The notes beneath the pieces were generated by a model. The model did no database searches. It saw only the letters and a program-made list of their open reading frames with translations, and was not told the origin of the DNA. Below, piece after piece: positions 1-39,836 of a DNA stretch of 64,000 nt. Within the stretch, counting starts at the first letter, position 1, and the number at the start of each line of letters is the position of its first letter. A program made the translations under genes and the position numbers. The stretch is from the human T2T-CHM13v2.0 reference genome, Homo sapiens: NCBI RefSeq assembly GCF_009914755.1, contig NC_060933.1. One strand, written 5' to 3'.

Positions 1-386
1 CTCAAACTTCTGACCCAAAGTGATCTGCCTGGTTCGGCCTCCCAAAGTGCTGGGATTGTAGGCGTGAGCCACCATGCCCGGCCTCCCCTCCTTTTCATTC
101 AGGGATTTTAAATGTTTTATTTGCTCCATCTGTTATGTATGATTGCCTTGACGATTTCAGCTTGAATTAAAATTACATATTTTTGCCTGTGTTTATTAAT
201 ATTTAAACATATTAAAATAATACATGTTCATAATGAAAATGAAACATTACAAATAAATACACAGGAAAGGCAGTATTCCCCTTCCAGTTCCACTCTTGAA
301 ATAACCAGTTAACAAGATGATGAACATCTTTCCATGATGTTCTCCAAGATTCATATAATTATTTGCAATCATACAATGGCATATAC

Positions 387-830
387 AGCTCAGGTGCGGT
401 GGCTCATGCAAGTAATCCCAGTACTTTGGGAGACTGAACTGGGTGGATCATTTGAGGTCAGGAGTTCAAGACTAGCCTGGCCAACATAGTGAATCCCCAT
501 CACTACAAAAAACACAAAAATTATCTGGGCGTGGTGGCAGACGCTTGTATTCCCAGCTACTTGGGAGGTGGAGGCATGAGAATCACTTGAACCTGGGAGA
601 TGAAGGTTACAAGGAGCCGAAATCGCATTACTTCACTCCCACCTGGGCGACAGAGTGAGATTCCATCTCAATAAATAAATAAATAGAAAGAAAGAAAGAA
701 AGAAAAAAAGATGAAAGAAACAAAGAAAAAAGGAAGAAAGGAAAAAAGACAGAGAAAGGAAGCAAGAAAGCAAGCAAGCAAGCAAGCAACCAAGAAAGAA
801 AGAAAGAAAAAAAAAATAGAAAGAAAAAGA
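387..830 (+). mobile_element. AluS followed by a GAAA/GCAA purine-rich tail
   Basis: Dimeric Alu consensus at 387-684, then (GAAA)n-like sequence. This is the source of the K/R-rich and F/L-rich ORFs. Confidence 0.9.
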
Positions 831-1143
831 AGTCATGTGCTCAGGTTGCTAGGATCGATGGTAAGAACAAATCCTCTAGCGGTGAAAATGTAAGAAGGAA
901 AAAGAAATTTCTGTTAGTCTTGTTTGTTGCACCCCAAGCTCTAAAAATACAGCCACATGTGTGATAAGTACTTAGTTAAGATGAAAAAGGCATTAAATTT
1001 GTGCATGGAAATCATAGACAGAAATGTGTTCTGATTGACAGCAATTGGGTCAATGATAGCATTGGATAGCCTTGGATAGCCAAGGTTCAGGCATCCACTG
1101 CGGGTCTTAGAACACATCTCCTGCAGATAAGGGAGGGCTACTA
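820..1143 (+). mobile_element. MER44/Tigger7 DNA transposon fragment (paralog at ~28615-28910)
   Basis: Contains 'gataagtacttagttaagatgaaaaaggcattaaatttg' and the terminus 'ttcaggcatccactgcgggtcttagaac...gataagggagggctact'. Confidence 0.75.
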
Positions 1144-1490
1144 TATAACGTTTCTTTCTTTTTTTCTTCAATTATAAAGCATTCTCCTTTTTCATATAAC
1201 AATTTGCCATTGATATCACTTTAGGTATAAAGATATTAGGATATCTTTATAGTAGATAAAAAGCTAACTCATTATTTGTAAGAGTTAAAGTATCTTCCAT
1301 TATATCAGCGTATAAAATGCTAAAGTACTTTTGCCACCAAAAATAGTGCTTCTGTAAATATTCTTTTACTTATACCTTTATTAATTTTTACTTCTGCTGA
1401 AACAAATAGCATGAGGAAACAAATGTATGTGTATAAAATGTAATATATGTATATATATTTAATATGTGTATATACACATACATACAATAA

Positions 1491-2186
<696 letters not shown>

Positions 2187-2245
2187 CTAATTTCACCAGC
2201 AATATATGCGACTACTCATTTCCTACATACTCACTATCACTTGGG

Positions 2246-2785
2246 TGCAGTCAAGGAAACTTAGTAGGCCTGAATTGCCCAAACCTGGCATACTCCAAAG
2301 AATGGTGTGACTCTAGCCCGGCTCCTGGGAAATAACCTCTAAGTCCTTGGAATCTCCTGCCTATGTGGGAGTTAACAATGTGATTTATTGTGGGGACCTT
2401 GGACCATGCAGTGTCAGCTTGACCTTGGGAAGGGTGGAGACAGGAAACTAAGGTCATCCAAATGGGTGCTCTTGTCCATGAGACCAACCTCCAGTAAAAC
2501 CCTCAACCCCAAGACTCAGGTAAGCTTCTTGTTGGGGAGTATTTTCTGTACTTTCTGCCACATATCGTTGGGTGAATTAAGCACTGTTCACATGATACCA
2601 CTGGCAGAGGACAACTGGAAGCTTGTGCTTGGTTTCTCCTGGACTCTGCCCTATGCACCTTTTTCTGCTGCTGATTTTAATCTGTATCCTTTTGTTGTAA
2701 TAAACTATAACTATGAGTATAACAGCTTGACTCAGTTTTGTGAGTCCTTCTAATCAATCACTGAACTTTTGGGACCCCAAAACAC
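2246..2785 (+). mobile_element. Solo ERVL LTR of the MER77/MER68/MER21 group (paralog ~30020-30555)
   Basis: Contains 'ggctcctgggaaataacctctaagtccttggaat', 'gaggacaactggaagcttgtg' and 'gtaataaactataactatgagtataacagc'. Confidence 0.7.
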
Positions 2786-2959
2786 AATGTTGTTTCTTAA
2801 TTGAATTTTCCATGTTATGTAAGAAACCTATGTGCATAATTGAAAATCCCACACTAAGAAAGAGCTCTCCATGCAGTCTACTCCCCACCCTGTTTCTCCA
2901 ATAGTCCCAAGTCTACTTTCTGAATAATCAAATATTTAAATTTTCTAAACTATTTATAA

Positions 2960-3320
<361 letters not shown>

Positions 3321-3418
3321 CCTCCTTCTTAATGTATCAACTTGATATATTACCTGATGGCTTCGTGTTCTGATAGCTGATGACTTGGCTGACACTCACC
3401 CCTTACCACAGTGCCTGA

Positions 3419-3768
<350 letters not shown>

Positions 3769-3835
3769 ACTCTCACTATTTTCAATGGCTCTGTTGGTTA
3801 CTATTCACAACATTCAACAATTAGACTTATACCTC

Positions 3836-5093
<1,258 letters not shown>

Positions 5094-5229
5094 TGGATCC
5101 CTTACTCTGTAGCAAGTTCTGTATGCATAAGCCTCTCTTTGTTCTTATTTTGGTGGCCTCTGTTTATTTACACAAAGAGAAATAACTGCTATTCCCATAA
5201 ATCATGGCTTTCAAAATGGTCACAGTTCA

Positions 5230-7511
<2,282 letters not shown>

Positions 7512-7512
7512 A

Positions 7513-10160
<2,648 letters not shown>

Positions 10161-10229
10161 GGGGCTGGGTGCAGTGGCTCACGCCTGAAATCTCAGCACT
10201 ATCATTTTCTCATATGAATCGGAAAATGC

Positions 10230-11084
<855 letters not shown>

Positions 11085-11401
11085 TGACTCTGGGTGATCA
11101 GGTGGGCGCTTGTGACTGTGCGCGCTCGGAGTGGATGTGTGTGTCCTGGACGAGCCGCGTTGTGTGTGCGGATGTGGACAACTGGTGACTGTGTAGTGGG
11201 GGCTGCGTGTCCCAGGGTGGGTGTGTGACTTTGCGTGTGTGTGCAGTACTGTGTGTGCATGAGTTGCAGGTCTGTGGCTGTGCAGGTGCAACTTGTGTGG
11301 CCCCGTGGTCTGTGTGAGAGAGGAGAGTGTGATTGGCTGTGAGGCAGAGGGTAAGTGGATATAGGGAGGCATGTGTGCGATTGGAAATTTGTGTGTCCCC
11401 T

Positions 11402-12402
11402 TGAGAGAAAAAACCCTTTAGGGAGTTAGAGCGGGTCCTTGGTAAAACTCCTTTCAACAGAGAAACAGCCTGAAAAATCAGGCTGCAGGCACAGAGAAGG
11501 AAAACTAGCAAAGGGGGTTGTCCTAAAGACATTCCTCAGCTGCATTGATAAGGGACCGAGGCCCAACATAGAAATGCCTTTGTCCTTTGTGTGACCAGCG
11601 GGCTTCCAGGAAATAGTCGCTTTTTTGTGGGCATGTATATGGTGGGCTCTGTTAGATTTTGAAGGGAAGGTGAAGGTTAAAGAAAGAGAGAGAGTTGGCG
11701 GCTCTATGGAGGGGACCAACTAAATGCCAGAGCCCACTGCCGCTTACAGGCTGGAGTAATTATAGGCCTGGGCAGGAGGGATCTGGGCAGTATAGCTTGT
11801 TGCCTGGGAGAATGTTGATAAGGATGTTTCTTGGGCCTTTCCCCAGCAGGATGTGATAAGGAAGTCAGGCGGTTGGGGAGGATGTTTCTCGCAGCCCAAA
11901 CCCCAGTGGACTGTTTCCCTCTGACCAGAGTCTGTGAAATGGTGGGGGCTTACAAATCGGTGCAGCTTGGACTAACAGGCTCTGGTGACCACTTTCCTTT
12001 TCTGGACATGCTTTGGACTGTGAGCCGAGCCTCTATGAATCATCACTTCAGCCCCTGATTGGTCCTGGGCCAAACTTTCACTTCAGCCCCTGATTGGTCT
12101 TGGGCCAAAATTTCACTTCAGCCTCTGGTTGGTCCCAAGCTAAGGTCCCGGGCCAAGCGAAGTTGTGCTTTCTCCGAGACAGCTCACAGACTAGTGAGCA
12201 CATTCTTCCCCTTCCCAGTTCACAAAACCCCCAGATTCAGCCTCCTAGTTGGCAACCCTCTTTCGGGTCCCCTCTCCGCTGGGGAGAGCTTTCTTCTTTT
12301 GCATATTAAACTTCTGTTCCAACCTCATCCTTTGTGTCCACGTTCCTTAACATTCTTGGCTGTGAGGGAAAGAAGGCAAAGACAAGAGCCTTTATCCTAA
12401 CA
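11402..12402 (+). mobile_element. Solo ERV1 LTR (LTR25/MER61 group)
   Basis: TG start, 'aaacagcctgaaaaatcaggctgcaggcacag', repeated ATTGG boxes and an ATTAAA near the 3' end. Confidence 0.7.
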
Positions 12403-12660
12403 ACTCAATTGCTGGAGAGAAGATTCATGCATATTCTATGTGGCATCACATGCCATAGCCCTGGGATTGAAAGCCATGCAATTTAAGGGATGGTGTTAAT
12501 CTCAGTCCAAATAGGTAATAAGATCTTGCACTTTGCTATATTTTAGGGGTAGGAATGAGATTGGGGGTTTGATCAATAATTTGTACCCATAGGACCAGTG
12601 ATTTGCCCAGTCATCTGTGAGTAAATGCTTGGGCCAGTTTCCATGTCTGTATTGAATTAA

Positions 12661-13820
<1,160 letters not shown>

Positions 13821-13859
13821 TGGGGGTCCTCAACCTCAAATCCATCAACTCCATCACTG

Positions 13860-14737
<878 letters not shown>

Positions 14738-15289
14738 TATCACTGCATTTTTAAAGGGAAGGAGGACTATAGTGAGATTCACTAAGGCTTACAGAAAAGG
14801 TAGAACCCTAGATAGATTTAAACACAGAGATTATAATATCCTTGAGATGATAATATCCAAATTTAGCTTTCATAGATAGGGAAATTTGAAGTACTTCAGA
14901 CTACAAGGTGGCATTTTGTGCAACTAGTTAAAACTATGTTTGAAAGAGAGCAATTGCATTTTCATTACTGAATAATATTAAGCAACAATGAAAATAAATA
15001 GAAATAACCAAGAAATTGTTATATTTAAATCCTCCCTCCTTTTTTGGAAAGAGAAGTATTGATATTTTTAGATTCTAATCAAAACTTCTCCTTTAAAAAA
15101 ATTGATGATTCTGTGGAGATAGGGAGGGAATAACCTGTGTTTGTTGAACACCTAATATTCCACTTACCCAAATGTCATTTATTCTATATTCTAGTTTTTT
15201 TGTTGAGACAGGGTCTTTCTTGCTCTGTTACCCATCCTAGAGTGCAGTGGGGTTGTCACAGCTCACAGATGTATACCACCATGCCTGGC

Positions 15290-15435
15290 TTATTATTTTA
15301 TTTTATTTCATTTTATTTTATTTATTTTATTTTATTTTATTTTATTTTGTTTATTTTATTTTATTTTATTTTATTTTATTTATTATTTTATTTTATTTTA
15401 TTTTATTTTATTTTATTTTATTTTATTTTATTTTT
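15290..15435. repeat. (TTTTA)n microsatellite expanded from an AluJ middle linker
   Basis: A ~145-bp imperfect TTTTA array between the two arms of an antisense Alu (15195-15550). Confidence 0.95.
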
Positions 15436-15764
15436 GCAGAGACTATGTCTCCCTATATTTCCCAGGCTTGACTTGAACTTCTGGGCTCAAGCGATCCTCC
15501 TGCCTTGGCATCCCAAAATGCTGGGATTATAGGCATAAGCCACTGTACTCAGGCAATATTAAAGTCTTGATATTAGAAGTGTCTCAGTGTACTGGAAAGC
15601 TTTGTCTAAATTTTGAAAAAATATTAAAAAACACATTGGTTTTATTTGGCCAATACTGATTTCTTTGCTCCATCATTATTTATTGGCATTATTAGCCTGT
15701 TGACTTTCAATTTCTTTACATCCCTTTCACTCCATTTCTTTTATTTTGTCCCCCAAATAGAAAT

Positions 15765-17070
<1,306 letters not shown>

Positions 17071-17670
17071 TCTTTACTTTGGATGAATACTTAGAAATGG
17101 AATTTCCAGGTCGGCCTTTAGATATTATTAATGGATTTAATATGAAAAACCTTTACTTGAGGATGTATAAAGCTTTAAAAGACAGGGTCCCTGCTCTTAA
17201 GCTATAAATAAAGCAGCATTTGTAAGGTAATATTCAGAAAACATCAGATAATATCCTATAAAGTCCTCCTGTTCATGCTGATGACATTAGATGGCCAGTT
17301 AAGGACGACACTTCATTCTTTCCCCTGCAACCACGGTCCTGACATGTCTAAATGATACTGGCCCTATGAGAACACTGTGGATGTGAAATCATTTCCTCAA
17401 GTTATCTTTTTGGCCTGCTGGTTTTAATCTAATAATGGGATATCCAAAGTGAATCTAACGGAGTGACATGATTGTGCATCTGTTGGGGTGAATCAGAGAC
17501 AGCTAGAGCAAGGGCAGACACGTGCTAAATTCATCTGTCTTAAGAGCTGAAGCAAGCAGCAGTGTTGCTAGCAGAGCTACTGCACATCTGTACACGTGGC
17601 TCCAATGGCTCTGACCTGTTTTTTTCCTAGTATGAACCTAATACACGAGACAAGTTAAAAAATCAGAGTT

Positions 17671-19815
<2,145 letters not shown>

Positions 19816-19967
19816 TTATTAAGCTTTTGTTGTAAATAGTAACTTGCATATCAGATGTTTACTGTAATATTCTTGAAGCCTTGCCAGGCCTACAGCTTGC
19901 TGTGTGCTTTTCAACTCTATTTCATTTATTTGGGAAATCATATATCAATGTATTTATTCATTCCCAG

Positions 19968-20048
19968 CTCTAACCATGGAATACTGGGAATGTCCCTTTC
20001 TATGAAGGAGGTTTGCTGGCCACAACAGGAATATTCATGAACATGGAG
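19968..20048 (+). pseudogene. Start-codon exon (ATG at 20037; MNME)
   Basis: Acceptor ttcccag| and ATGAACATGGAG|gtact donor, in phase 0 with KRAB-A. Confidence 0.8.
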
Positions 20049-20178
20049 GTACTTTGTTGAAGTTACACTAATTTTTTTACTCTTCCCCACTCTCAGCCTA
20101 GCTGGTCTGCTCACTGTATTCTCTCCATCCTTCAGCACCCTTCTATCTCTTCCTTCATCTTAAAAATCTTTCCTTTAA

Positions 20179-20338
<160 letters not shown>

Positions 20339-20574
20339 GTAAGGATGTCTATCCCCAACTAACTCATGAATTTTGGGTGTAGCTTTCACTTGTCTGGGTG
20401 ACTTTTCACCTGCTGCTTAGGGAATTGTTTTGTGTTTTGTAGATTAATAGATGGGCAGCTCTTTGGGGTCCCTCCATCTTCTCCATGCTTCAGACCTTTA
20501 CACCTTCCTCTAGTCCTTCGTGACTACTAAGGGACTAACTTTGAATTCAGGAACAGCACGAGTATGTCTTACTT

Positions 20575-21009
<435 letters not shown>

Positions 21010-21012
21010 TAA

Positions 21013-21117
<105 letters not shown>

Positions 21118-21299
21118 TAAGGACTGAGCAGATGGGGAAGGCACTGCTGTTTAGAACCCAGCCCATCAGGGAGGCAGCGCCGTAAAAGTATTGGTTGGGG
21201 AATCTCTTCTGCAAGGTCCCATGTAAGAGTTGTGGCCTAAGACACATGGAGAAAAGTCAAGATACCACCCCCCCACCCACAAACACACTCTTTTTTAAA

Positions 21300-23050
<1,751 letters not shown>

Positions 23051-23282
23051 AAGAAATAGACAAAGCAAACCTTAATGCATGAACTCAAACAAATGCTTTC
23101 ACTGCCAGGCTCCATCTTTGCAAAACTGAACCTAGGACAATGTGCACGTTTCTAACTAGCAATTCTGGAGGATCAGGGAGGCAGCGTGAGCTTGCTTTTC
23201 TGCAATTTAATTGACTGGTCAGTAAAGTCAGTGTTTGCAGGCATTTTCAATGTTCTGTAGTGGGCTTCAGTTCCTATGGCAG

Positions 23283-23780
23283 TGTGGCAGGCCAGGTTTC
23301 CAATAGCAACCAGAACAGTTTCTACTAACCCTTTACTATAATTTTGATGAATGCATAAGTTAACGTTAAAGAAACGGAGAAACTTGTGCCTGAGTATCAG
23401 GGATGGAATGTGAAAACAAACCCATTGAGACCCCACCTGGGTTTTCTCAGACCCTAAAGTCTGATCGAATAATGATAGCATTGGTACACATTCACCTCGG
23501 CCTGTCTTAAGATTCAGAAACTTTCCAAGACTCTAGAGAAATCTTTCCAGACGCTAGACCCGAGTTAAAGATAAGATGTTGATTGAATGAAACACTCCTA
23601 CTTGTAGGTGCAATCCCACGTGGAGCTTAAGACGTATATAAGCACTAGAAAAAAAAAACTTGTAACTTTGAGTTGATCTGGTGAATTACCTGGCGCTTCT
23701 CCCTGTAAGTGGCTGCAGAAATAAACTTCCTTCTTTCCCAGTCTGTCTGTGTCTTGTTATTGAACAATTGCAATGGACCT
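23283..23780 (+). mobile_element. Solo ERVL LTR (LTR42-like)
   Basis: Starts 'tgtggcaggccaggtttccaatagcaaccagaacag'. TATA-like 'gtatataagc' at ~23635 and AATAAA at ~23719. Confidence 0.65.
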
Positions 23781-24184
23781 GCCCAGCAAAGTCCTCTTTT
23801 GTGTGGTTATCTGGGACTCCTTTTGGAGGGAACATTTAAAATTTTCCATTTCAAAGCATTCTGTTGGCACTCTTACACTGTTTTTCTCTGCCTACCCTCG
23901 GACCTGAGTTCTCCTGGACGCGAATCTCCAGCCACAGAGCCTAGAAGCCCATTCCTCCACATTCTGTGACTGTTCCCCAAACACAGGGAGAATTTTCAGA
24001 AAATAAGCCTAAAAATCTTGCCATTCTTTGCAATAAAACCCCACATTACAAACTGCTGAAAACAGGATTTTAGCCTGAATAGGTTTTTCCTCTATTTGAA
24101 ACCCTTTACAATTTTGGAGGGAAGTTTCCAAATCAATCAGTAAGTACCCCCCATCCCAGGTTTATCCTTATGTAAAGTGCCCCC

Positions 24185-24527
24185 TTTGCACATGCAAGAT
24201 TGAATAAACCTTGAAAATATTATGCTAAGTGAAAGAAGCCGGTCACAAAGGACCACATGTTATGTAATTCCATTTAAATAAAATGTCCAAAATAGACCAA
24301 TACATAGAAGCAGAAAGTAGATTTGTGGTGGCCCAGGGTTAGGGGAGTTGGGGGGAAATGGAGGGATATGGTGTTTACTTCAGGGTAATGAAAATGATCT
24401 AAAATTTATTGTGGTGATGTTTGCATAACAGTGCAAATATACTGAAAAACATTGAATTTTACACTTTAAATCAGTGGCTTCTGTGGTATGTTATCAATAT
24501 TTCTCAATAAAACTTCAAAAAAAAAAG
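24185..24527 (+). mobile_element. L1MB-type 3' end
   Basis: 'ccttgaaaatattatgctaagtgaaagaagccggtcacaaaggaccacatg...ctcaataaaac' followed by an A tail. Confidence 0.85.
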
Positions 24528-27204
24528 CGCCTATGTGTCTTTTTGTGTATTATTCCTCCAGAGTCCAGTCCATAGTTTTTACATTTGATGAAGAAATTAA
24601 GATTTTGTTTCTTCTTCTTCTATTTTTTTTTTTTTTTTGAGACAGAATCTCCCTCTGTTGTCCAGACTGGAGTGCATTGGCACAATCTTGGCTCAGTGCA
24701 ACCTCCAGGATAATTTTTGTATTTTTAGTAGGGACAGCGTTTCACCATGGTGGCTAGACTGGTCTCAAACTTCTGACCTCAAGTGAGTCCCCCACCTTGG
24801 TTCCCAAAATTGCTGGGATTACAGGCGTGAGCCACCGCACCCAGCCCAAGATTTAGTTTCCGTTGTTTTGATGCCCTAGGGCCATCTTATTCTACCTTAA
24901 TTTCTGACGCATCATCTCAGTGGAAATTTTACATTAGGCCCCAAAGTATTTTCCTCTTTTTAAGATTTTATCAGCTGAGTACAGTGGCTCACACCTGTAA
25001 TCTCAACACTTTGGGAGGCCAAGGTGGGAGAATGAGTTGAGCCCAGGAGTTCAAGACCAGTCTCTGCAACATAGTGAGACACACATATCTACAAAAAAAA
25101 TTTTAATTAGGTGGGCATATTGGTGCATGCCTGTGGTCTCAGCTTACTACATAGGCTGAGGGAGGATCACTTGAGCCCAGGAGGCTGAGGTTACAGTGGC
25201 CATGATTATACCACTGCACTCCAGTCTGGGTGACAGAGCGATAGCCTGTCTTAAAAAAAAAAATTATTGGAATTTTTTTTTTTAGAAAACAAAGTATACA
25301 CTTAGTGACTTGATACAAATGAATGAATTTGATAATCTACAGAAAAAAAACAAATAAATAAATAAAAACTCAATGCCATTCTTCTTATGTGAATCTCTGG
25401 TGTCTCTGAATTATAAGAATTGTGAATTATGATTAATAACAAAAATGCATGACAAGGACTCATTAAGGGATAGGCATTAATAAACTGCAATGCACACTTA
25501 CTGGAGTAAGGCCTTTAAAGATGTACAAGAAAAAGAAAGAAAAGGCATTGAAAAATTGCGTTGCCTACCAAAACGCTAAAGTTTACCTAAGTCCATTAAT
25601 CGGCACACACAGGCAATGGGTGTGTAAAAGGGTCAACACAGTCTCCTATGAATGTATCCTTTTATTAATAGGTCTGTGGGGGTAAGAGATGAAGTTCTAT
25701 AGATCCTGGAATCAGGGATGGGGAATCTGTGAGGTCCCTGAGGTGAGAGATGACGATCTGTAGATTAGTGATGGGTGGTCTTTGGGATAGTGATGAGGTC
25801 CATGGAATCAATGATTGTGGGTATTTAGGGTCAGTGATGAGGGAATCTGGTGTCAGTGATGGGATGTGTGTGGAATCAATATGTGAAAGCCAGATTTGTG
25901 GAGTCATCTCTCAGGCTGACACATCCTGATCTGTGTGTCAGTGGTGGAAATTCTATGGGGTCAGAGTGTGACTGTCAGGTCCCTGACACTGTGTGTTCTG
26001 GGTCTGGCCAAGTGCACAGATTCCCTTGCCTTGTCCTGGCTGGGGAGGCCCTTCTCAAGGACTCCTCACATGAAGGGTGGGTTGGTGGTGGGTTTTGTTT
26101 TTGTTTTTGTTTTGCAGTGGAGGTGGGGGTGGGTTAGCTTTTTCTTTAGGGTTTAGTTTTGCCTCTTAGAGACCACAGACACATGCAGCTTTTAGGAAGA
26201 AATTTTTGTCTGGGTGGTTGCTAGGTCCTTTGGGCCAAGCCATCTAATGGGAGTAAAACTGACCATTCCCTCAGCGAGGTTCAGATCTAGACGGTCATTT
26301 TAAGGCGTCCTCAAGGTGGCGTGCAAGTGGGTTGTGGCTTCGAGTGGCAGGTGTGCGGGAAGAAACAACTGAGAAGACCCAGGAGCGCTCCTAGGCTGGA
26401 TCTGTCACAGCTGGAAGAACAGCCTCCCAAACCCATCAGGCGCCAATGGGAGGTACCTCTGGGCTGTGAGAGGCTGGTGGAGTTGGGACCTCCAGACCTA
26501 GAGATTCTGGGTACAGAAGCCTATTACTGCCAGACGCTGAGGCGTTGCCATGGGATCCAAGGGCGTTTCGGGTCAGCTCAGAGCCTTTCTCAGATAATTG
26601 TTTCGGTAACTGGGGAGCTGCTGTCCAGCGCACGCCTCTATGAAGGCTTACTGTTCTGTCTCCCGCAGAGTCTTCTTTGGTCTGAGAGCCACTTGTTTCT
26701 TACATCCTTGTGCTAATCTCACCATCTGCTCCTACATACCCCAGGCATTTGCCACATGCTGGTCCTCTCTTTCCTGACAGGCGGGCCATCTCTCCAGCTT
26801 CTGTGAGGACAGTTCAAATTATGGAGGAGGGGGCAGGTGCAGGGCAGCAGTGCTGAGGGGAGTACCATGCAGTTGGGGGAGCAGGGACTCATTTTTCTTT
26901 GTAGCTCAGATTCCTAAGCCTGTGACTTTGAGTATCGGTGTCTTCCTTGCAATGTTTCAATCTGAGGTTATTGGGGAGAGTGCAGAATTGGAGCCCGATG
27001 GAAGACTGGTGGGGAGAGGGGTGGGTGGAGGGAACATGGAGAATGTGTCAGGTGGTGTCTATTCCTGACACCTTACTTTGCCTGCTGGAGTTTCCCAGTC
27101 TGTTCCAGATGCACTCTCTCGACCCTGAAGGGACCTGATGGAGGATGTTTGTTGCCAGTGTGTGCTCCCCTGGACTCAATTGGAATTGGTCCCACAAAGT
27201 GTTT

Positions 27205-27243
<39 letters not shown>

Positions 27244-27614
27244 TTTGGAGGGAGTCTCGCTCTGTCACCCAGGCTGGAGTGCAGTGTGGCAATCTCAGCT
27301 CACTGCAACCTCTGATTCCCAGGTTCAAGTGATTCTCCTGTTTCAGCCTCCCTAGTAGTTGGGACTACAGGTGTCCGCCACCACACCTTGCTAAATTTTT
27401 TATTTTTAGTAGAGGCAGGGTTTCACAATATTGGTCAGGCTGGTCTCGAACTCCTGACCAGGTGATCGACCCACCTTGGCCTCTCAAAGTGCTGGGATTA
27501 CAGGCGGGAGCCATCACACCCCGCCAATCCCACAAATTTAGGCATTATGGTGAATTGCTACTTTTGAATCACTTATTTTTTACTTGTGTTTTTCCCCCTC
27601 CTTTTATTGATTGA

Positions 27615-27806
<192 letters not shown>

Positions 27807-27815
27807 TAAACTGGT

Positions 27816-34480
<6,665 letters not shown>

Positions 34481-34737
34481 ATTTAAACATACAAGGATGC
34501 AGGTGTCATGCACACAAATATGTATGTATATGTCATGCTCATATACGATTTTAAATGCATATATGTGTTCTATGGATATGTAAGTATTTCTCTATTTTCA
34601 CAGAAATGTCACTCTAAATCAGTACCTAGGGAGGGTCATCATTTTCTTTATCTACAAATCAAGACACAGTATGAGTGGCTGCACCCAATTTGGTAAGTCC
34701 TCTATTATTGAGGATGTTTTCCTGTTTCCCTTGTCAT

Positions 34738-38827
<4,090 letters not shown>

Positions 38828-39335
38828 TGATATAGTGATTATATATAATATATAACTATATAGTGATTATAGTTTATAATTTTAACTATATCATGTCTCC
38901 TGCCTCATAAGTACCACTGGACAAGTTCCCTTTTATGAACTCAGCTGCTGTCAGAGGTAAATGTATTTTGAAGTGGAGAACAAAGATAAGTGCAAAATTG
39001 GCATGGAGAACTAAGGTAATTATGAAAGTTCCAGATACAAAGAGAGAGGGCTCAATATGCCAGCAGTTCTCTTCCAATCCATCCTAGCGGCCTTCTGTTA
39101 GGATTGCCTAAATAATGCAGGAGATGGGTGCAAGACACACAAGTGTTCCAGAAGCATGTAAACAAGGTACAGAGAAGAGGATAAGATAAAATAAGATGAG
39201 ATAAGAATATTAGGAATGCCTTGTTCAGAAGATTGCCTACAGAGGCAAAAGGGACAGTTTCATTTTGCTGAGGGAAACAGGGTGGTAAGAACCCTCCTGG
39301 GGAAGATCCCCACTTACCCTGATACAGAAAGAAGG

Positions 39336-39836
39336 TGTAAAATTTCATAATGGGAGAGCATTAGGCTGAGATAGCTCCCATGGCCAGGGTTCCTGCATAG
39401 ACAAAATGAAACAAGCTTAGCCCACCCACAGGTGGCCTGCCGAGTATTAGCTGGGTAATGAGAGACCTACCACCAGGATAGTTCAAATAATGCAACTGCC
39501 CACATTTTTGCCAATCAAATAATTTCTCTACTTTACTTCTATATTCACCCTGTAAAAGCCTTCCTTACAAACACCTCCAGTAGATCCTCCAACCACTTTC
39601 AGTTTGGAGCTGCCTGATCCATGAATCTCTGTTTGCTTAAATAAACTCTTTAAAATTTTAATATGTTTAAGTTTATCTATTTTTTTCTCATTTTAAAAAA
39701 TTGAGATGGGATCTTCCTATGTTGTCCAGGCTGGTCTTAAACTCCTGAACTCAAGGGATCCTCCTGCCTCAGCCTCCTGAGTAGCTGGAATTATAGACGT
39801 GTGCCTCCACACCCAGCTTACATTTATCTTTAAACA
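39336..39836 (+). mobile_element. MER93/MER57-group ERV1 LTR interrupted by an Alu monomer (~39680-39818)
   Basis: Contains 'aatgggagagcattaggctgagatagctcc...gggttcctgc' and 'tttgcttaaataaactctttaaaattttaatatg'. Confidence 0.7.

Noticed and set aside
15137-15532. Hydrophobic FILFY-repeat ORF resembling a membrane protein
   Set aside because: It is the translation of the (TTTTA)n microsatellite.
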